Part shown: positions 16,011 through 32,524 of the stretch, piece after piece
How the letters are laid out: each line of letters opens with the position of its first letter
Position numbering within the stretch: the first letter of the stretch is position 1
Origin: Eledone cirrhosa
Lineage: Eukaryota
DNA length: 64,000 nucleotides
Reading direction: 5' to 3'
Assembly: GCA_964016885.1 (NCBI GenBank)
Contig: OZ024759.1
Coordinates: 3,162,001 to 3,226,000 of the forward strand
Notes under the pieces: model-generated
Databases searched by the model: none
The model's input: only the letters and a program-made list of their open reading frames with translations
What the model was told of the DNA's origin: nothing
Program-made: the position numbers and the translations under genes

Positions 16011-16833
16011 TCATACACACTTATTTACATGCGCACATATGTATTTTTATACTCACATACAAACACACAAACATACATACATACTTACATACACATACAT
16101 ACATCCACGCTTACAAATACGAATAATTATAGGGGGGGGAAGGGGGATTAAAATTATTAGTGGGAAATAGTAAATATAGGTTTCAAGGAATATAGAATAT
16201 TAATCTGCATTTAAATCATATTAATTATAGGTTAACTAAATTAAAAATTATATATTAATTTCTATAGTATATGTTAATTAGGTTTATAATAATTAAAGCA
16301 AATTTTGTATTTTATCTATAGTAGAATATAATTATAGGTTAACTAAAATTAAAATTAATCTATATATTTATTTGTAAAGAATATATTAATTAGGTATATA
16401 TTTAAAAGTTTTTCTCAGTTTATGATTACATGATATTCTGCAATCCATCTGTATTAGAATTTTAATTTTAAGCTAACTAAATTAAAATTATAGGTTAACT
16501 AAATTAAAATTAATTTATAAATTAATTTCTAAATTGTACATTAATTAGGTTTATAATATTAAAAAGTATTTCTCTGTTATTGATTACACGATATTTTGTT
16601 ATATTTCATCTGTAAAGGAATTTTAATAAAAGGTTAAATAAACTAAAATTAATCTATAAATTAATTTCCAAAGTATATATTAATTATGTTAATAATATTT
16701 AAAAGTTTTTCACAGTATATGATTACACAATATTTTTTTAAAATTTCATCTGTAGTAGAATTTTAATTAAATTAAAATTATAGGTTAACTACATTTAAAT
16801 TAATTTATATATTAATTTCTAAAATATATATTA

Positions 16834-19113
16834 TTAATTAGGTTTATAATATTTAAATGTTTTTCTCAGTTTATGATTACACGATATAATTAATTCCTGT
16901 CGCTTATTTAATAGGATATCCTTAGATTTCATTATTTCAAATAGTTCTTGGGAACACAATCTACATTCATTTCTATTATTTTGATAAGGGGTGGCTCTTT
17001 TGAGCACACTCCAGGTCATATCATATTCTATATTCTTATTTCTATAATTATTAATTTTTTCTGCTAGAGATGTTGTATTAGCCAGTGCGGCATTTTTAAA
17101 ACTATGTTTGTGGGTATTAAACCTTACCTTAAAATTGTTAGAAGTAGCTCCTATATATGAGCAAATAGAATCTTTAGTTTTAACTTTACATTTATAAACT
17201 ATGTTGTTAACAAGACAATTTCCTTTTAATGGGCAGTTTGCTTTGTTTCTACAGTTACAACCTTTCGTTAATTCTGTATTTGAGGAGATATTATGGTTAG
17301 TTTGATGTATTGGTGGTATACTTATGGTTTTTTTTACATTTATATGCATTATAGGCACTTATATTTTGTTTTATGTTTTTGGTTGTTGAGTATGAAAATT
17401 TAACTGTTGATCTATTTAAGATATGATGGTATTTGTGGTTTGGCGGGAAGTTTTTCTCTAGGATATTAAAAAATTTTTTAGCAATATTATCCTTAATTTG
17501 TAAATTAAATGGAGCATTATACCAAGTAACTCGTCTATTACGGTTTCTATGTTGTTTATTGTTTTTATAGGATGCATCGTGATGTTTACTAGGAGGATTA
17601 ATGTTAATGACCTCACCACGCACATTTTTAGTTAGATTTATTGATTTAGGTGTTTTAGCTTGTTTATTAGTAGTTTTATTATTAACATTTATTAGAGTTG
17701 TATGATGAGTAGTTTTTTGAGAGTTACTATACTTTATATTAGAGGAGTTAGAGAAATTTGGTTTTATGTTGGTATTTTGGGGTATATTGTGAGTGGCATT
17801 TAGGTGTGTACTTTTCATTTGGTGTTTGTTGGTAATATTAGGTTGTATGTTTATAGTGTTATTAGTAGAAGGTATATATTCCAATCTATTTTTGTGGCCA
17901 CTTCTATCTAGAGCTTCGTTATAGAAGGTCGCATTTTTATCAAATACATCTTGGTTAGACGAAAGGTTAGAAATTCTAAGTGATATATTATATGCAAGGT
18001 TTTTAAGGATAGATTTAGGGTGATTAGATTGTGAGTGTATGTAGTGTAAGTTTTGGTTGGGTTTATGGTAAGGTTGGTAGATACCCGTAGCTAAGTCTAA
18101 AGTTATATCTAGGAAATTAACTACTTTACTTGTGTTTTCAAAAGTAATATGAAGACTATAATAGTCTTTAAGGAAAGTTCTAATAAGCTTTTTGTTTTTT
18201 TCTATTTCTGAGAGGCTAAGGTTGTTGGAAAGAAGAAGACAGTCATCACGATATAAACCACCTTTAAGGTGGGGAAAGGAAGCATTTATGTTAAAAAGAA
18301 GAAAGAGGCCCACAAGATCAGTAATTTGGGCAGAATCGCTTGAACCCATAGTAATATCAAATAGATTACTATATGTGTTTCTGGTCCAGTATTCATTCTG
18401 AAATTCAATAAGTGTTAGTCTAGCATGTGTAATAATATTAATGTCATCCAAAGTTAAGTTAGATCTATTTTTAGCAAATATCAAAGCTTTGTTCAGGAGT
18501 ATAGGTTATATAGAAGAATAGTAATTATCTATATCAAATTGTAGAAATGAAGCAGAAGATTTACATCTAATATTTTTAAACCAGTTAATTACCTGGGAAG
18601 TGTTTTCCCAGAGTGGTAAATTAACATGTCTTCTTATTTGTGGGATGACTCTATCCAAAATTTTTTTGCTAATTATTCCAATATCAGATTTGGAGGGACA
18701 TATAAGTCTTATAGAAGGATTTGAGTTAAAGTTTGATTTATGATCTTTCAGGTTGAAGTGTGGTCTTTTCAATGCCAAAGGTTCAGTTCTATCTTCAATA
18801 TTTAGTTTATTCACTATGTTGTGTGTTTTGTTGTTGATGTTGGTGAGTGACGCATTATTAGTTTTTCTATAATTTTTCCTGAGTTCTTTATATATGAACT
18901 CATTATAATTTTCAATATCCATGTGATATAAGTTTCCAGTTTTGTCCGAGTGGACATGGATTTTTTTAGACTTTTTTAGGTCCAATAGGGTAGAATCAAG
19001 GTCCTTTTGAAAGACAGATTTATACTTCTTAAATTTGAGGTGTTTAATTAAATTAAAAAGGTCTTTCTCAAAGTCTTCAAGTAGAGAGTTGTGTGGTGGA
19101 TTCTTGTAAGTAG
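16834..19113 (-). pseudogene. PLE RT-GIY-YIG polyprotein, 5'-truncated, two frameshifts (about 18500 and about 17330)
   Basis: HSDKTGNLY, LKDHK, LQFDIDNYYSSI, MGSSDSAQITDLVG, GLYRDDCL, VNFLDITL, SNHP, CNCRNKANCPLKGNC, YIGAT, CRLCSQE, SCNH. Confidence 0.92.
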
Positions 19114-20681
19114 TGAAATTAACGAAAGGTTGTAACTGTAGAAACAAAGCAAACTGCCCATTAAAAGGAAATTGTCTTGTTAACAACATAGTTTATAAAT
19201 GTAAAGTTAAAACTAAAGATTCTATTTGCTCATATATAGGAGCTACTTCTAACAATTTTAAGGTAAGGTTTAATACCCACAAACATAGTTTTAAAAATGC
19301 CGCACTGGCTAATACAACATCTCTAGCAGAAAAAATTAATAGTTATAGAAATAAGAATATAGAATATGATATGACCTGGAGTGTGCTCAAAAGAGCCACC
19401 CCTTATCAAAATAATAGAAATGAATGTAGATTGTGTTCCCAAGAACTATTTGAACTAATGAAATCTAAGGATATCCTATTAAATAAGCGACAGGAATTAA
19501 TTATATCGTGTAATCATAAACTGAGAAAAACATTTAAATATTATAAACCTAATTAATAATATATATTTTAGAAATTAATATATAAATTAATTTAAATGTA
19601 GTTAACCTATAATTTTAATTTAATTAAAATTCTACTACAGATGAAATTTTAAAAAAATATTGTGTAATCATATACTGTGAAAAACTTTTAAATATTATTA
19701 ACATAATTAATATATACTTTGGAAATTAATTTATAGATTAATTTTAGTTTATTTAACCTTTTATTAAAATTCCTTTACAGATGAAATATAACAAAATATC
19801 GTGTAATCAATAACAGAGAAATACTTTTTAATATTATAAACCTAATTAATGTACAATTTAGAAATTAATTTATAAATTAATTTTAATTTAGTTAACCTAT
19901 AATTTTAATTTAGTTAGCTTAAAATTAAAATTCTAATACAGATGGATTGCAGAATATCATGTAATCATAAACTGAGAAAAACTTTTAAATATATACCTAA
20001 TTAATATATTCTTTACAAATAAATATATAGATTAATTTTAATTTTAGTTAACCTATAATTATATTCTACTATAGATAAAATACAAAATTTGCTTTAATTA
20101 TTATAAACCTAATTAACATATACTATAGAAATTAATATATAATTTTTAATTTAGTTAACCTATAATTAATATTCTACTACCGATGAAATACTTGATTTGG
20201 CTTTCCCTATTACAAAATTCATTTCCTAAAATTGATACCATCATGTTAATATTTTTAATTTAGTTATGCTATAATTAATACTCTACTACTGTTTAACTTC
20301 AAAATTCCGCTTTAAATATTATAAACCTAAGTAGTATACACCTTAGAAATTAATATATTAACTATTTTTACTTTAATTAACCTATAATTAATAGTCTACT
20401 TATATTAAAATGCATAATTTAGCCTTCTTTCTTACATTTCCTAATACTGACACTACTATGTAAACACATATTATGATTTAAATGCAGATTAATATTCTAT
20501 GTTCCTTGAAACCTATATTTACTATTTCCCACTAATAATTTTAATCCCCCTTCCCCCCCCTATAATTATTCGTATTTGTAAGCGTGGATGTATGTATGTG
20601 TATGTAAGTATGTATGTATGTTTGTGTGTTTGTATGTGAGTATAGAAATACATATGTGCGCATGTAAATAAGTGTGTATGA

Positions 20682-20744
<63 letters not shown>

Positions 20745-20963
20745 TGTATTTATATGTATGAGTATATGTTTTACTTGTTTATTTCTTTTATTATATTTCT
20801 TTTTATTTCTAAATTTATAGATACATTTTTATAAATATTAATTACTTAATTACTTACTCCCTTACCTATATTTAATTCTGCATCTAGATGTAAGTATATG
20901 TGGCCGTGTTTATGTGTGCGCCTCAATATCCATATAGTTATAATAATAATATATACGTATGTG

Positions 20964-20994
<31 letters not shown>

Positions 20995-21343
20995 TCGTGG
21001 GTATGTGTGTGTTTATGTATTTATGCGTGTGTGTGTATGAATGTATGTATATGTGTGTATATATGTGTGTATATATGTATGTATGTGTATGTATATTTTG
21101 TCTGTGGATTATAAACATACAGAGACATTAGCCCTGAATTTTTATATTTACATACACTTTTTCGACATGCGTATGCATGTGAACATACACTTTTATGCAT
21201 ATCTGTGAACGAAGTTACTTGCATATATACATACACCTAACTGTATTTTCTTGATGAATTTTTATGTATTTCATTGGTCTATTTAAAATCTGTTCCCAAA
21301 CAGACCTGTAATTTTGAATTGTTGTTATTATCAATAAATATAC

Positions 21344-21486
21344 TTCATTATTTCTGAAGACAGCATATATATGTGTTGGTATGTATATTCTCTTTGATAG
21401 TTTGTATAATTTTGTACATAGATCTTTTGAATATGCATGCCAATTCTAACACATATATGTCCTAGAAACGATCGTTAAATAATGAA
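21344..21486 (+). ncRNA. Type-I hammerhead ribozyme with about 100-nt stem II
   Basis: TTCATTATTT-CTGAAGA(21354-21360)...GAAA(21465-21468)-CGATCG-TT-AAATAATGAA; GUU triplet. Confidence 0.85.
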
Positions 21487-21535
21487 CTTTTTTTGTTTAA
21501 TATAAGGAACTGTTTCATTGTTTTATTCATTATTT

Positions 21536-21589
<54 letters not shown>

Positions 21590-21593
<4 letters not shown>

Positions 21594-22829
21594 CGTAGTT
21601 AAGAAAGCCACAACAATGCAGAGGGAATTCTCGAGGTAGGAAGTGAATGATAGATAGGAGAAACAGGTGAAAGTGAAAATTGAGAGAGACAAAGATGAAA
21701 ACAAAAACAAAGGTAGAAGGGTTACCGTAGTGGAGATTTAATCCCAATATTTCGGGCTCACGCCCATCAACGGGGGAAAGTTCCAAAAGGGGGGGAAACA
21801 GGCCAAGCGGAGAAAGTTGTGATGTCGTTAAGACAGGAATGCCGTTATGGGGAGAAAATTATTTAAAATTTAAACGAGGGAAAGAATGCGCGTGCGCGTG
21901 ATAGGCTGTGGAAAAGCTACTGACCAAATGGGTTAAATCAAGAGGGAACGCTAGCGTGTGAAAGCCGTAAAATATGTGTGTGTAAATATATATGTGTGTG
22001 TAACTGTGTGTGTATAAGTGTAAGTGTGTATATGTGTGAGTGTGTGTGTGTGTGAAAGATAGTGGGCTGTAGAAGCTGGAAATCAAAGGGTGTGAAAGGT
22101 GGTAGGTTGTAAAACATGTGTGCGTGTATAAATATAGATGTGTGTGTGTAAGCGTATGGGTATACATGTGTGTGTAACTGTGTGTGTATATGTGTGAGTG
22201 CGTGTGTGTGTGAAAGATAGTGGGCTGTAGAAGCTGGAAATCAAAGGGTGTGAAAGGTGGTAAGTTGTAAAAACATGTGTGCGTGTATAAATATAGATGT
22301 GTGTGTGTATGCGTATGGGTATGCATATACGTGCGTGTGTGTGAAGATAGCAGGCCGTAGGCTGTGAATGGTCACTATGGTTAAGTTAGCCATGTCAGCT
22401 CATTTCTCTCAGCCCGGTTGTTAAGTGGGGGTCTGAGGTTCTTAATAACAAGTGCTTCCTTTATCCTTAAGGATCCGATGCTGCGTTCAGTCGCTAGGAC
22501 TGTGACCAAGGGTCTACCCTGTGGGTTTCCGCATTTAAGGATGTGTTTACGGAAGGAAGATGCGTTGGTGTTGATATGTTCCTTGATACGAACATGTAGG
22601 GGTCGGATGGTGCTACCTATGTAAAACTTGTTACATTTATCGCATTGAATCTTATATACGACATAGGTGCGTAGGCAATCTGCCCCCCGTATCGGGCAGT
22701 TGCTGAGGGAACACGTCCCATCAGACTCGTCGGGTTTGTTGGAGAGGCATCTTCGCAGCGAAGGTCCTGTGTGGGCCAAATGTATGTCAAGTCCCTCCGT
22801 CCGTATGGCCCTGCGGATGGCGTTCGTGG
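21590..22829 (-). mobile_element. Penelope-like element of a different clade (CxxC...H..H GIY-YIG; Nematis/Neptune/Poseidon-type), 5'-truncated
   Basis: ORF 22381-22779 contains VVYKIQCDKCNKFYIGSTIRPLHVRIKEH...H...LRIKEALVIKNLRPPLN. Degenerate minimal HHR at 21742-21777 (TCCC-CCGTTGA-T-GGGC-GTGA-GCCC-GAAA-TA-TT-GGGA). About 160-bp tandem repeats in the 3' UTR (21960-22360). Confidence 0.85.
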
Positions 22830-22855
<26 letters not shown>

Positions 22856-22860
<5 letters not shown>

Positions 22861-25731
22861 TCAGGTTATCAATAATGTAGTGATAATATATCGTTACGTT
22901 AGAGATGAACAGCGTACGTGCAGGTTTGCTCAACGAGTATAAATTATATTCCGGAGAAAATGTAGAAAGGATGAATATAAAATGAAAGTGCTTTTTTTAA
23001 AAAAGGAATTTATTAGGTATTGACATATGTTTCCGTAACAGACTGAATACCTATGTATCGCTGCTTGCGTAATCATATAATGTTAGCAAATGTATAATCA
23101 GTTGTCACTTCTTCAGAGATTTTGGATAAATTGGATAAAATCAGAAAAATTGAAGTATTTATATTAGTAAAAGAGGAAGAAACAGAGGGGATAGTATATG
23201 ACAGATGGTAAATTAATTTACTGCTAAACAAGTATATAATGGGTTTCTAATGAGAATACCATGAGTAAATCTAAATAAGAATTTTGGGAGTGCCAATTTT
23301 AATCTCTACTCGACCAACTGGACAGTGGACAGGGCTGGTCATTTGGTGCAGTAGTATTAATTATAAAGTGTCAATTGGGGAAGGGGGAGATTTCGATTGC
23401 TACTAAATAACATCAATGCTAGTAGCCAGCTGGTATATGCATTAGGGAATTGAATCAAGAAATCAGAAATCTCATTTTATCTATAGCAGTTTGTATTAAA
23501 AGGTAAATAATAGAAGAGTTGATAGAATTAAGACTAATAAAGAATGTTAATATCTATTTTGACAATCAAACGGGGATAGAGACAGGCGTTCAATCCTGGT
23601 AGTATTTATAATATGAAAATGTAGATTTTAAGCGATGGTTACAGTATAACGATCGCTCTCTTCTGTTATTTAATAAAATGTTTTTGGATTTCATAATACA
23701 AAATAATTCTACATTACATAATTTACAAAATTCCTGTCTATGGGAATATGGGGGGCAGCCGCTATTATATCCCATTTTAGGTGAAATTGTTGGTTATTTT
23801 CACGCAGCTGCCAAGCCTTGTCTGCGAGTGTTGTTACATAACGCTGGTTTTCATGTTTTATCGAGTAACGATGTCTATAAAGGCGTGATTTGAAGGAGGT
23901 TGCTGTAGATCCCACATAGTACCACTTCTGTCTATCCGATTCGATAGTACATTTGTATACGATGTTGCGTTCAAGACACTGATTGTTGAACGGACACATT
24001 CCTGGTTGGACACAGTTGCAATTATAATTTTGCGTTGTTGTATTGCCATGGATGGGTTGATGAGGTTGCTTATGTAGGACAGGATGTTGTTTGTTGTTTT
24101 GTGATGTTATAGCTAATGTTTTACGTGTATTGTTATGTGTTGGAAGGCGTTTATACAACCGTTTTGCGTTACGCTTTTTTATATGTTGTTCAATATTAGA
24201 GGCGGTTGAATATGAAAGTCGAATAGTGTTAGGGTTTAAGATTTTATTATATTTATGTGATGTTGGAAAGTGTTTTTTAACTAATCGAAAGAATTTTGAG
24301 GGTAGATTGGTTTTAATAGAGTTGTTATAGACCGGGTTGTACCAAATATACTCCTTACATCGCCTTCTGTTTGGTGGTGTGCGACTATTATTGTGTCTAT
24401 TGCGGTAGTGTATGTATGGTGGTGATTCTGTGCTATTTCTACTCCTATGGGATTTATTTTGGGTGTTTTGGTGATCTTTGACTATATACTCTATATTATC
24501 TAGGTGACCGGCTTTCCTAAGTGCATCATCATAATAATCGGCATGTTCTTTGAAGGTTTGTTGGTTGGACGACAGGCGGGAGATTCTAAGAGAAACATTT
24601 CTAGGGATGGATTTAATTATAGAGAGTGGATGGTTAGAACTCGTATTTACATATTTAAGGTTCTCATTTAGTTTATGGAACGGTTTAATCGTATATGTAT
24701 TGAGATTGAAAGTAACATCAAGGAAATTGACCTCTTTGAGGTTATATTCAAATGTAATATTTAATCCTAGTTCCTTAAAAAGCTTTCTGATATTTTTACG
24801 CATCCTTTTTAAATTCTGGTTATTCATATGCTTAACTAATAGGAGCGCATCGTCACGGTAGATTCCACCGTGGAGATCCTTGAATTTTCCTTGTAATCTG
24901 TGGGTGATATAAATTCCTACAAGATCTGTTACTTCCGCCGAATCATTAGAACCCATAGTGATATCAAAATTAGAAGGTCTATCTTTGCGAACCCAGTAGC
25001 TATCATCGAATTTAACTATAGTTTTCCTCGCTTCCATAATAATTTTAATTTCAGCATCCGTAAGGTCGGAATTATCCTTAGCGAACGAAAGAGCTTCATG
25101 TAGAGTATCAGGTGAAATTGAGGAATAATATTCATCAATATCAAACTGAATAAATTCTTTATTAGTCTTAATTCTATCAACTCTTCTATTATTTACCTTT
25201 TAATACAAACTGCTATAGATAAAATGAGATTTCTGATTTCTTGATTCAATTCCCTAATGCATATACCAGCTGGCTACTAGCATTGATGTTATTTAGTAGC
25301 AATCGAAATCTCCCCCTTCCCCAATTGACACTTTATAATTAATACTACTGCACCAAATGACCAGCCCTGTCCACTGTCCAGTTGGTCGAGTAGAGATTAA
25401 AATTGGCACTCCCAAAATTCTTATTTAGATTTACTCATGGTATTCTCATTAGAAACCCATTATATACTTGTTTAGCAGTAAATTAATTTACCATCTGTCA
25501 TATACTATCCCCTCTGTTTCTTCCTCTTTTACTAATATAAATACTTCAATTTTTCTGATTTTATCCAATTTATCCAAAATCTCTGAAGAAGTGACAACTG
25601 ATTATACATTTGCTAACATTATATGATTACGCAAGCAGCGATACATAGGTATTCAGTCTGTTACAGAAACATATGTCAATACCTAATAAATTCCTTTTTT
25701 AAAAAAAGCACTTTCATTTTATATTCATCCT

Positions 25732-25735
<4 letters not shown>
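22856..25735 (-). mobile_element. Penelope-like element (Naiad-like) with inverted 3'-UTR copy at its 5' junction (about 25155-25735 mirrors about 22962-23545)
   Basis: ORF 23709-25037 contains MGSNDSAEVTDLVG, GIYRDDAL, CNCVQPGMCPFNNQC and YVGST; ORF 23590-23775 contains CKLCNVE and YCNH. HHR cores at 23022-23116 (-) and 25583-25677 (+). Flanked by (TA)n. Confidence 0.92.
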
Positions 25736-25774
<39 letters not shown>

Positions 25775-25779
<5 letters not shown>

Positions 25780-26112
25780 ATACTTTGGGAGGGTCATGTT
25801 GCCAATAAGAAACACACGCACCAGTTGCTTTCACTTCAATTTATTATAATAAATTTATAAATTTATAAATTTCTAGTTGGTTCCACAACCAGATAGTTGT
25901 TTATATATAAACAACTATCTGGTTGTGGAACCAACCAACCAACCAGAAATTTATAAATTTATAAATTTATTATAAATTTATTATAATAAATTGAAGTGAA
26001 AGCAACTGGTGCGTGTGTTTCTTATTGGCAACATGACCCTCCCAAAGTATAACAATATCGGTTTCAACACACGATTTCAGATAAAGAATCTTGCTAAACA
26101 AATTCAGAAACG

Positions 26113-26115
<3 letters not shown>
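25775..26115 (+). mobile_element. ORF-less fold-back element in (TA)n: palindrome 25775-26055 plus about 60-bp unique tail
   Basis: TTGTTATACTTTGGGAGGGTCATG... is mirrored as ...CATGACCCTCCCAAAGTATAACAA, centre at about 25905. No HHR core found. Confidence 0.7.
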
Positions 26116-28800
<2,685 letters not shown>

Positions 28801-28801
28801 T

Positions 28802-28834
<33 letters not shown>

Positions 28835-28929
28835 ATATGTATGTGTATATATGTGTGTATGTGTACGTGTGTGTGTATATGTGTATATATGTATATGTAT
28901 ATATATATGTATATATATATATACACATT

Positions 28930-29201
28930 TATTTATTTTTCTATTTACTTATTTATGTGTGTATGTATGCATGCATGTATGGATGTATGTATATCGTTAC
29001 ATTGTTTATATTTGTGCATGTATAACAGGATGCATCCTTTCACCGATGACCCTGTATGACCGTTTGTGCAGATTTATATAACTGCGAGTATATCATATTT
29101 GAGTACGGACAGATATATATATATATGTGCGTGTATCTATCTTTGTGGATGTAGGTGGGCACGGAGGTAATTGGGCACGTATTTGTTTCAATGTATATGA
29201 G

Positions 29202-29249
<48 letters not shown>

Positions 29250-29306
29250 TACACTTACATAGGGTAGGGATTGTTTGTGAGTACGTTTATGTGCGTGTAC
29301 ATATGC

Positions 29307-29346
<40 letters not shown>

Positions 29347-30068
29347 GTGTGTATGTGTGTTTTGGAGCGTGTCTGTCTTTGTGCCTCTCTATACGGACAG
29401 GCGTGCGTATGTTCGTGTCTATGTATATGTCTGTACGTGTTTGTGTATATGAGCGTACGCATGTGTGTGTCCTTGTATGCGTGTACGTGTGTGTGTGCGT
29501 CCGTGAGAGAGCGGATGTACGAGGGCATATAGGCAGGCGCCTGTGGACGCGTATGTTGTTAGTTATATGGTCGTGGGCGTGTGTGGATGTGTGTGAGAGT
29601 GCGTGTGTATATGTATATGGGTGTGTATATGTACATATGTGTGTGTACATATATGTATGCGTATATATGTATGTGTGCGCGTGTGTGTATGCGTATGTAT
29701 ATATATATATGTGTGTGTGTGTGGGTATGTGTGTGTGTGAATGGACTTGTGAAATACCAAACCCAGCATGAATTCATTGAAGTGTGTCAGACGGAGAGTG
29801 GCTGATGGACAGTATGGCAGCAAATATTGACGAGAATTTATGATGACGTAGAAAAACGACAGCCAATAGCAGGATAAGCGAGGAAGAGGCTTTTCGAAGC
29901 TAACACACCAGTGAGAAAATTTGTTCCGAAATTATTGCCTGTGTCCGAAGACCCTGCAGATCTAGAATCAGACAGATCCATACAATGATCAAGTCTCGAG
30001 CTATCTGCCGGCGAAACAATTATAACACACAATAAATGGAGTCCAGATGCATCACTGATTTTTCGTTT

Positions 30069-30078
<10 letters not shown>
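28930..30078 (+). mobile_element. Orphan PLE 3' UTR/terminus with HHR; probable distal end of the 7870-11400 element
   Basis: HHR at 29940-30029. Its last 36 bp are the exact reverse complement of 7870-7905. Confidence 0.65.
29940..30029 (+). ncRNA. Type-I hammerhead variant with CCGAAGA core
   Basis: TGTGT-CCGAAGA-(stem II CCTGCAGAT/ATCTGCCGG)-GAAA-CAATTA-TA-ACACA. Confidence 0.7.
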
Positions 30079-30421
<343 letters not shown>

Positions 30422-32052
30422 ATAGAATGGAATTAAAGATAATATCCCTAAAAAATTTTTTACTATCATAGAGAAAAACTTTCCGCCAAACCATAAATAT
30501 CATCAAATTATAAATAGATCAACTGTCAAATTTTCCTACTCCCCTACCAAAAGTATACAACAAAATATAAATGCGTACAACGCATATAAATGTAAAAAAA
30601 ACACACGAATATACCACCAACACATCAAACCAACCATAATACTAAAATAAACCGCAACAAACCACCATCTCCTTCACATATAACAAGTCGAGTAAATTCC
30701 ACACCAAATTTGACTAACTCCCCTGATATAATATTTACGAATGGTTGTAACTGGAGAAACAAAACAAATTGCCCATTAAAGGGAAATTGTCTTATTAATA
30801 ACATAGTCTATAAATGTAAAATTAGCACCAAGGACTCAACTTATTCATATATAGGAGTTACATCTAACCAATTTAAAGTAAGACTTAATACCCACAAACA
30901 TAGTTTTAAAAATGCCGCATTAGCTAATACAACATCCTTGGCTGAAACAATTAATAATTATAGAAAAATGAATATCGATTACAACCTGACCTGGAGTGTG
31001 CTCAAAAGGGCCACCCCTTATCAAAATAACAGATATGAGTGTAGATTATGCTCCCAGGAACTTTTTGAAATAATGAAATCTAAGGATATCCTATTAAATA
31101 AGCGACAAGAATTAATTATATCTTGCAATCATAGAATTAGAAGAACCTTCAAATATTATAAACCTAATTAATATACACCTTACACTTATATTTTACATGT
31201 TATTATAATTAGTTTTTTTTTAAATTTAGTTAACCTATAATTAGTACTTTACTACAGAAAACTTCATAATTTTATTTCCCTCTTACAGCTCTCTTCCTAA
31301 AATTAATACCTAAAAGTATACATATAAATTAATTTAATTTCCTGTTATGAATCTAGATTCCTTGTAGTCTATATAAGATTGGTATTTCTCACTACTACAC
31401 TTATCCCAAAATTTTATTTTCCTTCGTTTTTAACAACATTCTTTAATAACATCTAATTCTTATTTATCACATCCATATGAATTAATATAAATTTATCCCT
31501 AAAAGTATACCTATCAATTAATTTAATTTCTTGTTATAGATCTAAATTCCTTGTGTTTTAAATAAGATTGGTATTTCTCACTAATACCTTTACCCTAAAA
31601 TGTTACTCTCCTTCGTTTTTAACATTATTCTTTAATAACATCAAATTTTCGTGTACCCTTCACCGGCTTGACCTCTTTTCATCCCCAAAGTATTCTTTTC
31701 ATTCAAAGTATTCTTTCCATTCAAAACATAAGTCTGCATTCCTCTACTCCTAAATTAAATTTCTACTACTACTATTCTATCAACTTAACCTCTTACTACT
31801 TTTCTATTGGTCAATTCAAAACCTGTTCCCAAACAGACCTATTATATTAAATCTTTGTTGGTTTTTTTCAATAAACAAATCTCATTATTTCTGAAGACAG
31901 CATATATATGTGAAGGTATGTATATTTCCTCTGATAGTTTGTAATATTTTTACATAGATCTATATGACATACATACCAACACACATATATATCCTAGAAA
32001 CGATCGTGAAATGATGAATATTTTAATATAAGGAACTTGTTCTTTGTTTTTA

Positions 32053-32058
<6 letters not shown>
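30422..32058 (+). mobile_element. Penelope-like element, 5'-truncated relative of the 14.5-21.5 kb element; HHR at 31882-32017 with non-cleavable GUG triplet
   Basis: ORF 30710-31171 is closely similar to 19113-19556 (CPLKGNCL..NIVYKC...ALANTTSLAE...RRTFKYYKPN). HHR TCATTATTT-CTGAAGA...GAAA-CGATCG-TG-AAATGATGA. Confidence 0.88.
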
Positions 32059-32134
<76 letters not shown>

Positions 32135-32208
32135 TATATAGTGGTAGAACACTGGAAGGTAATATCCGTAGTGGTAGACCACTCAGTCCATGGGACGAGT
32201 TAGGTATA

Positions 32209-32498
32209 AGTGGTTACACAACAGTTAGTTCACCACACCTCTTACATAACTACAAAGCTCCGGATTGAATTTCAACAACATCCTAATTTTCTTATCAACC
32301 AGAAACTTTCGGACTTTCGCAGTTATCTCCCTTACATCTCTAGCACACAATTTAGTATTGCCTGTGTGAAGTGATCGTTTCTACGCGTGTGCGTTTGTAC
32401 GGTTGTCCTTCCTGTTCCGTATAATCATGTCGAGCTGAGGATCCGCTAATGTGAAACTATTGTTCTCGGTATGGTGAACTAACTGTTGTGTAACCACT
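32209..32498. mobile_element. MITE with about 30-bp TIRs and TA flanks (Tc1/mariner-type)
   Basis: TA-AGTGGTTACACAACAGTTAGTTCACCA ... TGGTGAACTAACTGTTGTGTAACCACT-TA. Confidence 0.75.
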
Positions 32499-32524
32499 TA
32501 TATATATATATATATATATATATA

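Larger units (their letters stand above)
14463..21547 (-). mobile_element. Young Penelope-like element with a 2.4-kb inverted duplication of its 3' part (19117-21547 mirrors about 14590-17273)
   Basis: RT and GIY-YIG on - (ORFs 18506-19189, 17297-18484, 16834-17358). Second GIY-YIG copy on + (19113-19556) differs at only 2 aa. (TA)n on both sides; tail 14463-14590 present only on the 3' arm. Confidence 0.93.

Noticed and set aside
15075-16170. Many [12 protein letters not shown] ORFs here and at 7.6, 12.3, 27, 29, 39 and 51 kb
   Set aside because: Products of (TA)n/(CA)n microsatellites, which lack stop codons.
18506-19189. N-terminus MLLTRQFPF... of this ORF as a true protein start
   Set aside because: The first 25 or so residues are the antisense of the inverted arm; the element is 5'-truncated at about 19113.
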